From IMG/VR virus record IMGVR_UViG_3300028797_000010, positions 1 to 64,000 of that record: 64,000 nucleotides of DNA; one strand, written 5' to 3'. The stretch is from a virus (lineage: Duplodnaviria; Caudoviricetes). The number at the start of each line of letters is the position of its first letter. The first letter of the stretch is position 1. Made by a program: the position numbers and the translations under genes. The notes beneath the pieces were generated by a model. It made no database searches, was not told where the DNA came from, and worked only from the letters and a program-made list of their open reading frames with translations. Shown piece after piece: positions 55,774 through 64,000 of this stretch.

Positions 55774-56334
55774 TTAGAACCTAAGCTTCTCTGGATACCC
55801 GACAGTTATGTCATAACTCTCCACAGCCCCTATGCTCTCAAGTGCCATTACAGCAGCCTTGTGAGCCTCAGTGACATTGAGTGCATCACCTGCATACACC
55901 TCAAGAGCAACAAGCATCTGTTTCCATGAGGCAATAGGGAATGCGAACTCTTGGCCTCCAAACCACTTGCCCATATACTCTCTACCAATAGCCTCGTTGG
56001 CACTAATCTGTGTGGCAATCTGCTGACGTTCATCAACCGTAAGCCACATGATGGCATCACCAAGATAGAAAGAGTTCACATTGGCAGACTTGTCATAGGC
56101 TGTAATCTCTGCTATCTTTCTCTGTTTTGCCCTCTCCAACGGGTCTGTAGGCTCTGGTGCTGGCGGTGTGGGTGTAGGTGTGACTCCCTTCTCGGCAATG
56201 TAGTATTGTGATAAATCATCTGTCTGAACCACACCATAGCTTCTGTTGCCTGTTATAGTTCTTACTTCATAACCTGCGTCGGGTTTAATCTCATAAAGCC
56301 CATTTTGTAACTGACTTATTGTTGCATGTTCCAT
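55774..56334 (-). CDS. DUF4376-like tail-fibre-associated protein
   Basis: KQRKIAEITAYDKS..VNSF...MWL....R...LE.YA..ALNVT..HKAAV...YD...GYPEKL. Confidence 0.8.
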   Translation of the reverse strand: MEHATISQLQNGLYEIKPDAGYEVRTITGNRSYGVVQTDDLSQYYIAEKGVTPTPTPPAPEPTDPLERAKQRKIAEITAYDKSANVNSFYLGDAIMWLTVDERQQIATQISANEAIGREYMGKWFGGQEFAFPIASWKQMLVALEVYAGDALNVTEAHKAAVMALESIGAVESYDITVGYPEKLRF

Positions 56335-56459
56335 AACTGTACTTTTTATATTTCTTTATGTTTAAATGATATTTTCTGTTTAATCTTGCATTTACTGAAT
56401 AATCTTGTAGATACCCATCATAATCCTTATATTTTCTATAGTTCATACTATCTTTATAC

Positions 56460-56490
56460 TCCTATCCACCCCTTCGGGGATGGGATAGGA
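56460..56490 (-). promoter_or_regulatory. GC-rich hairpin with a GAA loop downstream of a DGR-type variable region
   Basis: Minus strand TCCTATCC-CATCCCC-GAA-GGGGTG-GATAGGA; no U tract follows. Confidence 0.65.
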
Positions 56491-56505
56491 AGCATTAAGG
56501 GTTAA

Positions 56506-57792
56506 TTATAAAAGCACAACTGCCTGCACACGAAAACTGTTACCCACACCGTTGGTGCTCAAGGAACCATACGCTCCACTGAAAAACCAAGCATTATTGC
56601 TGTAATACCTCTGCGAAAACCATCGGGAGACAGAATTAGTAATCTGAGTACCACCCATCTTACCTATAGTAGCACTTATAATATCTCTTTTATCGTCAGG
56701 CATAAACATCATACCATCATTTACTCCTGGTAGATACCAATCACCAACATCTATCTTAGGTATATCACTAAACCCTACAGTCTTTGCAGAGTGCATGGCA
56801 GGATACTTATAAGCAATAGTGCCATCCTTCTTGGTAAATGTATCATCACCATACTTGTAAGTAAGAGTTTTACCATCAGGAAGATTAAAGCAGCCATATT
56901 TTTGTGGAAACATTACCATGCAATTTGCAATATAATTAGCATAAGTGGTAAATTGCTCACGAAGGGTTGCACAATACTGTGAGGTATTGAAAGAGGTTTC
57001 GTTCACAACATCACCGCCAGCTGTCATATTACTTGTAGGGGTCTTTCCACTGACACTATAATAACTGTAGAATTTATCATAGCTCATGCCACCATAAGAA
57101 GCACTGTATCCATTCTTTCTGAATAGAGTGCTGTTAGCGGGCATATCACCATAGACACATAGCTGGCCAGTAATATTACTACCAGTACCACCAATAGCGG
57201 TAGAGTATTGCCTATAGTCAGCAGAAGCATCGTTCTGAACAATAATCCTACTATTGTCCTCATCATAGAAAGCCCACCACTTATGGTTGTCGTAACCTAC
57301 ATAACCAGTGTTTCCAGCAGCTTCAATGGCAGTGGCTATCTCACTTGCAGATGTTGCATTAATCTCAGCTGAAGTGAGTGTTACTGGAATTGATACAGGA
57401 TTAGCATAATCACCTGCCATTGCAAGCTTTATAGTTATGCTTGTAGAACTAACGGTTGTGATTTCATGCTGTACACAATCACACCATTTAAAATTACCTT
57501 GAGCATCAACATGAATACCAAGAGTCTTATCACCTACCTTACCAACGACTGCACCAACTTTGGTAAATCCTTGTGAAGCAAGCAGGCTATGGTTAAGCTG
57601 GTCACCTCCCTTGAAAAACACAACCTTAGTGCCATCATGATAGATTGCATCACCACACATAGGAGTCTCTGTAACAATATTGATACCATCAACCTTTATC
57701 TCGTCTGTACTGTCAATCAATGCAACCCTACTTTCAGTAGTAGGCTTGCCTGCTGCATCATAAGCAGCCTTGTTTGTATATTTTACTATCAT
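56506..57792 (-). CDS. Receptor-binding protein with a C-type-lectin-fold C-terminus (DGR target-like)
   Basis: WYLPG..., RWFSQRY.SNNAWFFSG..G.L......NSFRVQAV; the last ~40 codons are rich in NNY codons. Confidence 0.75.
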   Translation of the reverse strand: MIVKYTNKAAYDAAGKPTTESRVALIDSTDEIKVDGINIVTETPMCGDAIYHDGTKVVFFKGGDQLNHSLLASQGFTKVGAVVGKVGDKTLGIHVDAQGNFKWCDCVQHEITTVSSTSITIKLAMAGDYANPVSIPVTLTSAEINATSASEIATAIEAAGNTGYVGYDNHKWWAFYDEDNSRIIVQNDASADYRQYSTAIGGTGSNITGQLCVYGDMPANSTLFRKNGYSASYGGMSYDKFYSYYSVSGKTPTSNMTAGGDVVNETSFNTSQYCATLREQFTTYANYIANCMVMFPQKYGCFNLPDGKTLTYKYGDDTFTKKDGTIAYKYPAMHSAKTVGFSDIPKIDVGDWYLPGVNDGMMFMPDDKRDIISATIGKMGGTQITNSVSRWFSQRYYSNNAWFFSGAYGSLSTNGVGNSFRVQAVVLL

Positions 57793-57817
57793 AGTCTTAT
57801 CTTTTTAATAGTTAATA

Positions 57818-60127
57818 TTAATTTAGAACAACCCAATCCGAAATTGCATTAGTCACCTTTGTGGCAAGATAAACCTTAGTTCCTGTAGTAGCTTGGTCAA
57901 TATACACCTGTCCTACAAACCTTGGAACACCAGTCCATATACCCATAGTGCTGTTATCCCAGTTGGTTGGGACATTAGCAGCAGAGGGAGCACCAGCCAC
58001 AGTAGATATAAGTGCAAAAGGAACACCATACTGATAGTACTCAACAGAATCAACAGTCTGTACTCTCAATAGAGTTCTTTCATTGGTAAGAAGCTGTTTA
58101 AGACCGTCTATCTCACCTTTAAGATATGCAAATGCCTTGCTTATAATAGGAACAGTATCAGGATTGATGTCAGCAGTACGTGTGTTGATAGTATCCATTT
58201 CCTCTACGGCATCAATGCTGTACTTACATACAAGCGTAGCAGGAGCAGTCTTAACCTCAGAAGTGTTCTTTGGAAGAATCCTCTCTACTCCCCAGTTGTT
58301 TTCTATATAATTGACAGGCAGAGTTACAGGAGTACCATCGACAAAGTGGTCAGAACCCATATAAACTAAGTCTGTATAGGTTTCAGGAGTAGCAAGCTCG
58401 AAGTAAAGAAGAATGCCATCCATTGCAGTCTTGAATGTGGCGGCATCAGAATAATCGGTATTTTTGATTGCAAAATGGTCTGCACCATAGTAACCACCGT
58501 TATATATTTCTTTATCATTCATTGAAGAACCACCTTGTGTATATTTAGGGCAAATTAAGTAGCCACTCCACTTCATTCCCAAATTGGTCTTATTTGCCTT
58601 AAAAGTATTATCAATACCACCTACGGCTTGCCAAGTCAAGTAACCTAAATCAACCTCTTGTATCGCTCTCTTAGCCACAACAGCACCATTCTCAATCTTC
58701 AGAGCATCAACAATGTCATTGACTTTAGGCATACCAGTAGGCCATACCCTTACGAGTTCACCAGCACCATTCTTCTTACCATAGATATGAGTTACATCAA
58801 GATAAGCCTGATGGATTTCATAAGGCTCATAATCAACCTTATTTCCGTCCCACCAAAGGAACACAGCACAGTCAGCACCACGGTCTGCAACATTAATCGT
58901 ACCAGCAACATCAATCTCAAACTTTCCGTCAGCATCAGGAGTGATGGTTGATGTGTTACCAAGCCTGTCTGTGAAGGTAACTGTGCCATGAGTGCCAGTT
59001 ATGCCATAGTAGTTGCCATAGACCTCACTATAGGCTCCGATAATCTCTGCCTTACCTGTTGTTGGGTCAAGGAGGTTAAAGCCTATAGATTCAATACCAG
59101 TCATGTTATTGTTAATAACAGAACCAGCATCATAATCATAGTATTCCTGTAGACCAACATTAGCAGCAAGCCATGCCTCAAAGTCTTCTACAGTAGAAGG
59201 TTCATTACCAGCACCGAACATTTGGGTAAGGTCGAAGACTTTAAGATTCTTGACATCAAAAGCATCGTCTCCGGCGGATAATTCACTTGTGTCGATATAG
59301 AATCTCAAAAGCTTCTCTTCAACCGGTTGGACGATAAACTTTGCCGTAGAAAAAGATGTCGTTGCTGTAATATAAGTTTGTACTCCGCCGAACACAACGT
59401 GCGTAAAATGCGCCGTACCATAATCTTTCAGCGTGGCGAATACGATATACTTATGTCCAACAACAGGTCTCAACGCGGAAAGAGAGAATTCAAATCCAGA
59501 ATACTGATTCGGCGAACTTACAACGCCGTGGCCAACATTGTTTTGCACAGTTAGGGTAATGTACCCAGTCGATAATCCAGTCGGAGCAGAGTTGTCCGCG
59601 AAATTCCCATTCTGTACAAGCTGATTAAACTTAAAGCTGTTACCCTGAACCTCTGTAATCTGCCCAAGACCGTTTGCCACTTCTGCATCCCCGCCAGTAG
59701 TGCGCTCAAGGAAAGTTCCTTCAACCAAAGTACGGCCTGAGAGGTTGTCTGCAATGCCAGCACCCAACGTGGGGTAGCTGCCGTCGATGTCAGCCTTTTT
59801 TGCGTCGAGAGTCTGTATTTCGGTTTCCAAGGCATCGGTGCTACCCTTTACGCTATACGGGTCTACGTGGGCTGCGTTCCAAGCACCAGCGGCATGGGCT
59901 GTCTTGAACTTCCAAAGCTTGTTTGTGTGATATACTATGTCACCAACGGCGTATGGGGTGACGGTTGAGAATGCAGGATAGCCCAATGTATCCTTGTCGG
60001 GGGTATCAACCAGCGTCTGACTAAGTGCTTGGCTCTTGGCTACATCTTGAACCAACGTCGATTTAGTCTTAGGCAGAAGGGTGTCCTGCGTGCCCTTCTT
60101 CTGTAAATAACCTGTCTTTGTAGTCAT
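57818..60127 (-). CDS. Tail fibre/baseplate-like protein with carbohydrate-binding-like modules
   Basis: YAVGDIVYH..KLWKFK..H.AGAW (CBM5/12-like); FNQLVQNGNF jelly-roll; YFELATP. Confidence 0.7.
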   Translation of the reverse strand: MTTKTGYLQKKGTQDTLLPKTKSTLVQDVAKSQALSQTLVDTPDKDTLGYPAFSTVTPYAVGDIVYHTNKLWKFKTAHAAGAWNAAHVDPYSVKGSTDALETEIQTLDAKKADIDGSYPTLGAGIADNLSGRTLVEGTFLERTTGGDAEVANGLGQITEVQGNSFKFNQLVQNGNFADNSAPTGLSTGYITLTVQNNVGHGVVSSPNQYSGFEFSLSALRPVVGHKYIVFATLKDYGTAHFTHVVFGGVQTYITATTSFSTAKFIVQPVEEKLLRFYIDTSELSAGDDAFDVKNLKVFDLTQMFGAGNEPSTVEDFEAWLAANVGLQEYYDYDAGSVINNNMTGIESIGFNLLDPTTGKAEIIGAYSEVYGNYYGITGTHGTVTFTDRLGNTSTITPDADGKFEIDVAGTINVADRGADCAVFLWWDGNKVDYEPYEIHQAYLDVTHIYGKKNGAGELVRVWPTGMPKVNDIVDALKIENGAVVAKRAIQEVDLGYLTWQAVGGIDNTFKANKTNLGMKWSGYLICPKYTQGGSSMNDKEIYNGGYYGADHFAIKNTDYSDAATFKTAMDGILLYFELATPETYTDLVYMGSDHFVDGTPVTLPVNYIENNWGVERILPKNTSEVKTAPATLVCKYSIDAVEEMDTINTRTADINPDTVPIISKAFAYLKGEIDGLKQLLTNERTLLRVQTVDSVEYYQYGVPFALISTVAGAPSAANVPTNWDNSTMGIWTGVPRFVGQVYIDQATTGTKVYLATKVTNAISDWVVLN

Positions 60128-60169
60128 AATCTTGATATTTTTTAAGTTGTTTCTTTATGTTTCAAGCAA

Positions 60170-61531
60170 TTAGAACGTGAACGTTTCCTCGGCTTCATCG
60201 ATAAAGGTCACGTCACCCTCCACTTCCTCGATGGCATCAAGCCTTGCGTCAAGGTTTTGGTATGTACCGCGTGCCGCTTCCACCTCGTTATCCAAGTTCC
60301 CAGCCAACGTCTGCAAGGCATCCACGTCACCCGAAACCTCAGAAAGGTCTTCGTCCATAGCGTCAAACCTTGCATCCAAGGACTGATAGCTGCCCTTTGC
60401 GCCGTCGATTTCCGACTTCGCATAGTCGCCCTGCTGTTTTGCATAGTCGCCCTGAGTCTGCGCATAGCCTGCCTTGGTGTTGGCCAATGCGGCCTTGTCG
60501 TTGGCATTCGCGGCGGCAGTATTGGCCGATGCGGCTGCGCTGTTCGCGTCCGTTGCCGCCTGCTGTGCAAGTGCCGCCTTTGCGTTGGCAAGTGCCGCCG
60601 CCTCCTGTGCCGCCGTAATCTGGACGCCTGCATCCGTCAAGGCTTGGTACAAGACGGCAAGTATGCGGTCAATCTCGTCGGTCAAGTCCGCACTTATCTC
60701 CTCTTCAATGAAATCTGGCGTTGCGGCGATGTCCGACGGCTGTACGGCTGTCGCACCTGCCTGCGCGCCACTGCGAATCGTCTGCAAGTCCTGTATCACG
60801 TCCTGTTTGCCGTTCAACAACGTGGTAAGTTCGGCACTTGTCGGCAAATTGCCAAGCTTTGTGACAAGCGACGACGTGATGCCGCTGTTGATTGCAGCCC
60901 ATTGTGCCGCCGTGAATCCGCTGTTGTTCAAGGCATACTCAAACGCCCAAGACGTGCCGTTGTACTTGTAGCGTTCCACACTTGAAATGACCGTAGGCGT
61001 GGTTGCCGACGTCGGTATCTGCACAAAGGCGTAGTCATTGTTGTCCTCACCCGACACGACCGTTCCAAGCTTCGTCGCAATCTGCTCGTGCGATGCGTTG
61101 ACGGCCAATGAAAGGTCGCTTACCAAGTTGTACGTCCCACGGAACGTTGCCGTTGACGTGGAAATGCTTGAATTGACGAACAACTCGGTGGCAAGTAGGT
61201 TGTCACTTGACGCATCTCTCGGAATCTTGGCGTTGATGCTTCCGATGGCCGAGTTGACGTCCGACGCGTTGGCTTTCTGCGCAAGCCTTTCGTCCGCTTC
61301 CGTCTTGGTGTACACATTGTTTGCGTTGGCCTTTTCGGAAAGCTTTGTGTCAACCTCACCCTTGTTGTAGGTGTTTGACTGAGGCGCGGCTTGGTCGGCC
61401 TTGGTCAGCGATTCCTTCACGCCGTCGGCAAGGTCTGACTTCGGTATGCCGCCTTGTGGTTTGCGGTATGCGCCAGCATCCTGAATGTCATATTCAGTGC
61501 CGTCTAAGTTGATGTGGTCTAAAACTCCCAT
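60170..61531 (-). CDS. Tail fibre-like protein with an Ala-rich coiled coil
   Basis: GGIPKSDL, YTK.E.D..L repeats, AA.AN heptads, Y.SLDAR.DA repeated twice. Confidence 0.7.
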   Translation of the reverse strand: MGVLDHINLDGTEYDIQDAGAYRKPQGGIPKSDLADGVKESLTKADQAAPQSNTYNKGEVDTKLSEKANANNVYTKTEADERLAQKANASDVNSAIGSINAKIPRDASSDNLLATELFVNSSISTSTATFRGTYNLVSDLSLAVNASHEQIATKLGTVVSGEDNNDYAFVQIPTSATTPTVISSVERYKYNGTSWAFEYALNNSGFTAAQWAAINSGITSSLVTKLGNLPTSAELTTLLNGKQDVIQDLQTIRSGAQAGATAVQPSDIAATPDFIEEEISADLTDEIDRILAVLYQALTDAGVQITAAQEAAALANAKAALAQQAATDANSAAASANTAAANANDKAALANTKAGYAQTQGDYAKQQGDYAKSEIDGAKGSYQSLDARFDAMDEDLSEVSGDVDALQTLAGNLDNEVEAARGTYQNLDARLDAIEEVEGDVTFIDEAEETFTF

Positions 61532-61560
61532 AATATCCTGTTCTTTTTAGTTGTTATTCA

Positions 61561-62163
61561 TTAGATGAAAAGCGTAGTCCCCTCGACGGTCGCATGGATT
61601 TTCTCGCCGTTGCGAACCTCGAAGTCGTAGTGCCGTCCGTCCTCGATGTTGACACGTACGACGTTCACACCGCCGCTTTCGTGCGACGTCTCTATCTGCT
61701 CGACCGATGATATGCTGTACCCTTGGTCGCCCTTGTCACCCTTGTCGCCCTTGGCATAGAAGAACACCGCGCCGTCAAGGACATAGTCGATGGTGTCGAA
61801 CTCAATGCCAGCCTCGATTCCTGCGTCCGCAGTAGGTGACACGACCTGTATGATTGCGCGCACCATATAGCGGCACGGACGGTTTTCTTGGTCATAGCAC
61901 AACACGGTCACTTGGTACGTTCCTATGGGAAGCGTCGCATCATCCTCGATGGTCATCACATTGCCAACGACATCGGGTGTGTACGACTTAGTGTAGCCGC
62001 CCTCGCGCATAAGCCTCACCTCCATCGGCTTTTCAAGGTTCGGATAGAAGTCAGACTCGGTCTCCGTCTCGTGCCCGTCCGTCATCGTGCGTATGCGCAT
62101 CGTAAGCGGTATTGCCACCCGCATCACGTTTCCGAACACATGCTTTATAAGTGTCTTTGCCAT
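61561..62163 (-). CDS. Baseplate/upper-tail-like structural protein
   Basis: Ig-like N-terminus, GDKGDKGDQG collagen-like stretch. Confidence 0.6.
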   Translation of the reverse strand: MAKTLIKHVFGNVMRVAIPLTMRIRTMTDGHETETESDFYPNLEKPMEVRLMREGGYTKSYTPDVVGNVMTIEDDATLPIGTYQVTVLCYDQENRPCRYMVRAIIQVVSPTADAGIEAGIEFDTIDYVLDGAVFFYAKGDKGDKGDQGYSISSVEQIETSHESGGVNVVRVNIEDGRHYDFEVRNGEKIHATVEGTTLFI

Positions 62164-62181
62164 ATTCCGTATCTCTTTTTA

Positions 62182-62880
62182 TTATTGTGTCGTTATCATT
62201 AATGTTGTCCCAACCACTTGCAGATGCACCTTTGTGTGCTGTATGAACACGCTGTTTAGTTCCGACTGGTAGGCCGTAAGCCCACGGTCGTAAACGTTGT
62301 CGGTGTATATCGTACTCGTCGGTGTGGGCGATGGCGTGTCGCCGCCCGATGCCTGACGGTACGGGTTAGCCACATAGCCGTCATCGTCTCCAGCCCTTAC
62401 GTCCAAGGTGTGCAGGGTAATAGTGCCCATGATATAGTTATTGCCCCTCGGACGGTGAAGTTTCTCCGTGGTAGGCTTGTATTCCTTCAGACACACGCAC
62501 CGCATCGTCCTGCCCGCATAGTCAGACCTGACGTACAACTCCCCGTCCGTCATATAGGCGATGAACGAATCGTGTCTCTGTCGCACGTCAATGACGTGGT
62601 TTGGAAGCGCGTACCTGTCACCCACGATGAAGGTTATCGCCAAGTCCACGTTCTCGCGGAAAACGACATCGTACTCAACGTTGTCTATCGTCTCTTGGGA
62701 AGTCACCATGTAGTCCTCCCCCTGTGCGTTGACCCATTGCGCGGTGTATATGTTGATTGGCTTGCCTACCGACGTAAAGCCGTCTATCTTCAACACCCTC
62801 ACGCCCTCGAAAAGCGACGCGATGGTGGCAAAGTCTTGGCTGCCGCGTTTTACAAGATACTCATTCGCTATGTCTGCCAT
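62182..62880 (-). CDS. Tail-region structural protein (distal-tail-like)
   Basis: 232 aa, located within the tail module. Confidence 0.55.
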   Translation of the reverse strand: MADIANEYLVKRGSQDFATIASLFEGVRVLKIDGFTSVGKPINIYTAQWVNAQGEDYMVTSQETIDNVEYDVVFRENVDLAITFIVGDRYALPNHVIDVRQRHDSFIAYMTDGELYVRSDYAGRTMRCVCLKEYKPTTEKLHRPRGNNYIMGTITLHTLDVRAGDDDGYVANPYRQASGGDTPSPTPTSTIYTDNVYDRGLTAYQSELNSVFIQHTKVHLQVVGTTLMITTQ

Positions 62881-62886
62881 ACTCGT

Positions 62887-63354
62887 TTAATGTTTCTTTA
62901 TCGTTAATCCATTCACATAGTACACCGTACGGCCAAGGAACGTGTTCGCCTCGTCTGCACGTCTTCTGACCAAGCCCGCGAGCACCTTGCCGCCAGCACG
63001 CGTCCACCGTATCATCTCGTCCGTAACAGCCGTGTCGTTAGCACCCGAAACGATGCGCTTTTTCATGGTGGAGCCGTTGAAATTGCCCGCACCAAGATTG
63101 AAAATCCAGCTGCAAAGGGCGTCGAACTGGTTTTGCGTGAAGTTGATGTGCATGTTGTTCAACAGGGTTTCTATCGGCTTTAAGTCCTCTTTAAGGAACT
63201 GCTCTGCCTGCGCCTGCGTGATTGCCATGCCAGCCTTTACGCCACGCGTGTGACCATAGCCTATTGTCAGCACACCAACGGAATCCCTATAGGCGTACAA
63301 TTTGCATCCCTCAAACCTTTTAATCAAGGCTATTCCATTATCACTAATTTTCAT
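62887..63354 (-). CDS. Endolysin, GH24 lysozyme
   Basis: LIKRFEGCKLYAYRDSVGVLTIGYGHT, QNQFDAL.S..FNLG, GLVRRR..E. Confidence 0.96.
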   Translation of the reverse strand: MKISDNGIALIKRFEGCKLYAYRDSVGVLTIGYGHTRGVKAGMAITQAQAEQFLKEDLKPIETLLNNMHINFTQNQFDALCSWIFNLGAGNFNGSTMKKRIVSGANDTAVTDEMIRWTRAGGKVLAGLVRRRADEANTFLGRTVYYVNGLTIKKH

Positions 63355-63359
63355 GAGCG

Positions 63360-63812
63360 TCATGTCCTTTCTTGGTTTTTTCTTGTCATAAAGCTATCAT
63401 CGTCCACTGGGGTGAGAAACACCCTTGTGCGCTGTTGGCAATTTGACTTGCCGCACATCATTTCGGTCACCAGTTCAAGACGGTGCTCAAGCGACTCTAT
63501 CTTGTTTTCTTGCGTGGCAAGTTTCTTTTCTTGTTCACGTAACTTGTCGTCCTGTTTAAGTAACTTATTCTCGTTCTCGGCAACACGTTTTCTTAGCTGT
63601 TCGCATTCATCGCTAATTTCCGCATTGAACTTACGAAGCCTTTCGTTGTGCGTTTCCAAGTCGGTGAGCATTTCTTGGTAGATGTCTTGCTCTGACTGAA
63701 TCGCCTTGGCATCCTCCTGTCGTTTGTGCGCCCGCCAGTTGACGAACCAGCCGCCACTTGCTATAAGTGTAAGTATGCCAAGAATCCAATTCAAAAGTTC
63801 ACCCCATTCCAT
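63360..63812 (-). CDS. Holin-like protein (N-terminal TM helix plus coiled coil)
   Basis: LLNWILGILTLIASGGWF TM helix, long heptad repeat, C-terminal C.K.NC..R; directly upstream of the endolysin. Confidence 0.7.
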   Translation of the reverse strand: MEWGELLNWILGILTLIASGGWFVNWRAHKRQEDAKAIQSEQDIYQEMLTDLETHNERLRKFNAEISDECEQLRKRVAENENKLLKQDDKLREQEKKLATQENKIESLEHRLELVTEMMCGKSNCQQRTRVFLTPVDDDSFMTRKNQERT

Positions 63813-63837
63813 TGTTTAACGACCTCCTTTCCTTTAG

Positions 63838-63999
63838 TTATGACATTCCTGTCTTTACACGATTGTCAATTATCTCGTCGCTACGATTCTTGGCGATGCT
63901 TTGCGCCTTACGTGATTCTTTGTCAAGTCCGTCTTGCGGAATCAAAGAGCCACGTTCGTCAATGATGCGTTCCATTTCGTCGGGTGCAGCATCGGGCGA
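63838..63999 (-). CDS. C-terminal fragment of an upstream gene (possibly portal)
   Basis: Open frame SPDAAPDEMERIIDER...KTGMS* running in from the window edge. Confidence 0.45.
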   Translation of the reverse strand, partial: SPDAAPDEMERIIDERGSLIPQDGLDKESRKAQSIAKNRSDEIIDNRVKTGMS

Positions 64000-64000
64000 C

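Larger units (their letters stand above)
1..64000. mobile_element. Segment of a Bacteroidota-infecting tailed dsDNA phage (Caudoviricetes)
   Basis: Dense phage-type ORFs; endolysin/holin, S74-chaperone tail protein, RecT/YqaJ, DnaN and SSB; repeated TAnnTTTG promoters; no host housekeeping blocks. Confidence 0.95.

Noticed and set aside
56340-56450. GIY-YIG remnant (MMGIYKII* and SVNARLTE in adjacent frames) after the DGR hairpin
   Set aside because: Too short to distinguish from chance; noted only as a possible deletion scar
1-64000. Stop-codon reassignment as in some gut phages
   Set aside because: Long ORFs (2283, 769, 726 aa) are intact in the standard code, TAG, TGA and TAA all terminate genes, and the only tRNA has a TTG anticodon

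Overview
The window is part of a large tailed dsDNA phage genome. Recurrent TAnnTTTG -7 promoters and the gene content point to a Bacteroidota host, probably Prevotella/Bacteroides-like. Layout: 1-7.1 kb (minus strand) is a replication/DNA-modification block with two DNA methyltransferases, an initiator-like protein, two DUF2156/GNAT-like paralogs, a DUF3127 SSB-like protein and MazG. 7.1-9.6 kb is a divergent non-coding region that includes a promoter-driven ~500-nt candidate structured RNA. 9.6-20.3 kb holds early-type genes (MoxR AAA+/vWA-like pair, serine recombinase, many small ORFs). 20.5-43.3 kb holds replication/recombination genes (RNase H, SSB, YqaJ, RecT, DnaN, tRNA-Gln), an AT-rich array of modular ORFs, PI-PLC-like and PAP2-like enzymes, and a free-standing GIY-YIG endonuclease. 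43.4-46.4 kb (minus) is an independently promoted six-gene operon of unknown function. 46.6-64 kb (minus) holds tail, receptor-binding and lysis genes, including a DGR-type target whose template repeat and RT I did not find in the window. No capsid, terminase, polymerase, CRISPR array or rRNA was recognised. All assignments come from motif recognition by eye; no database searches were run.
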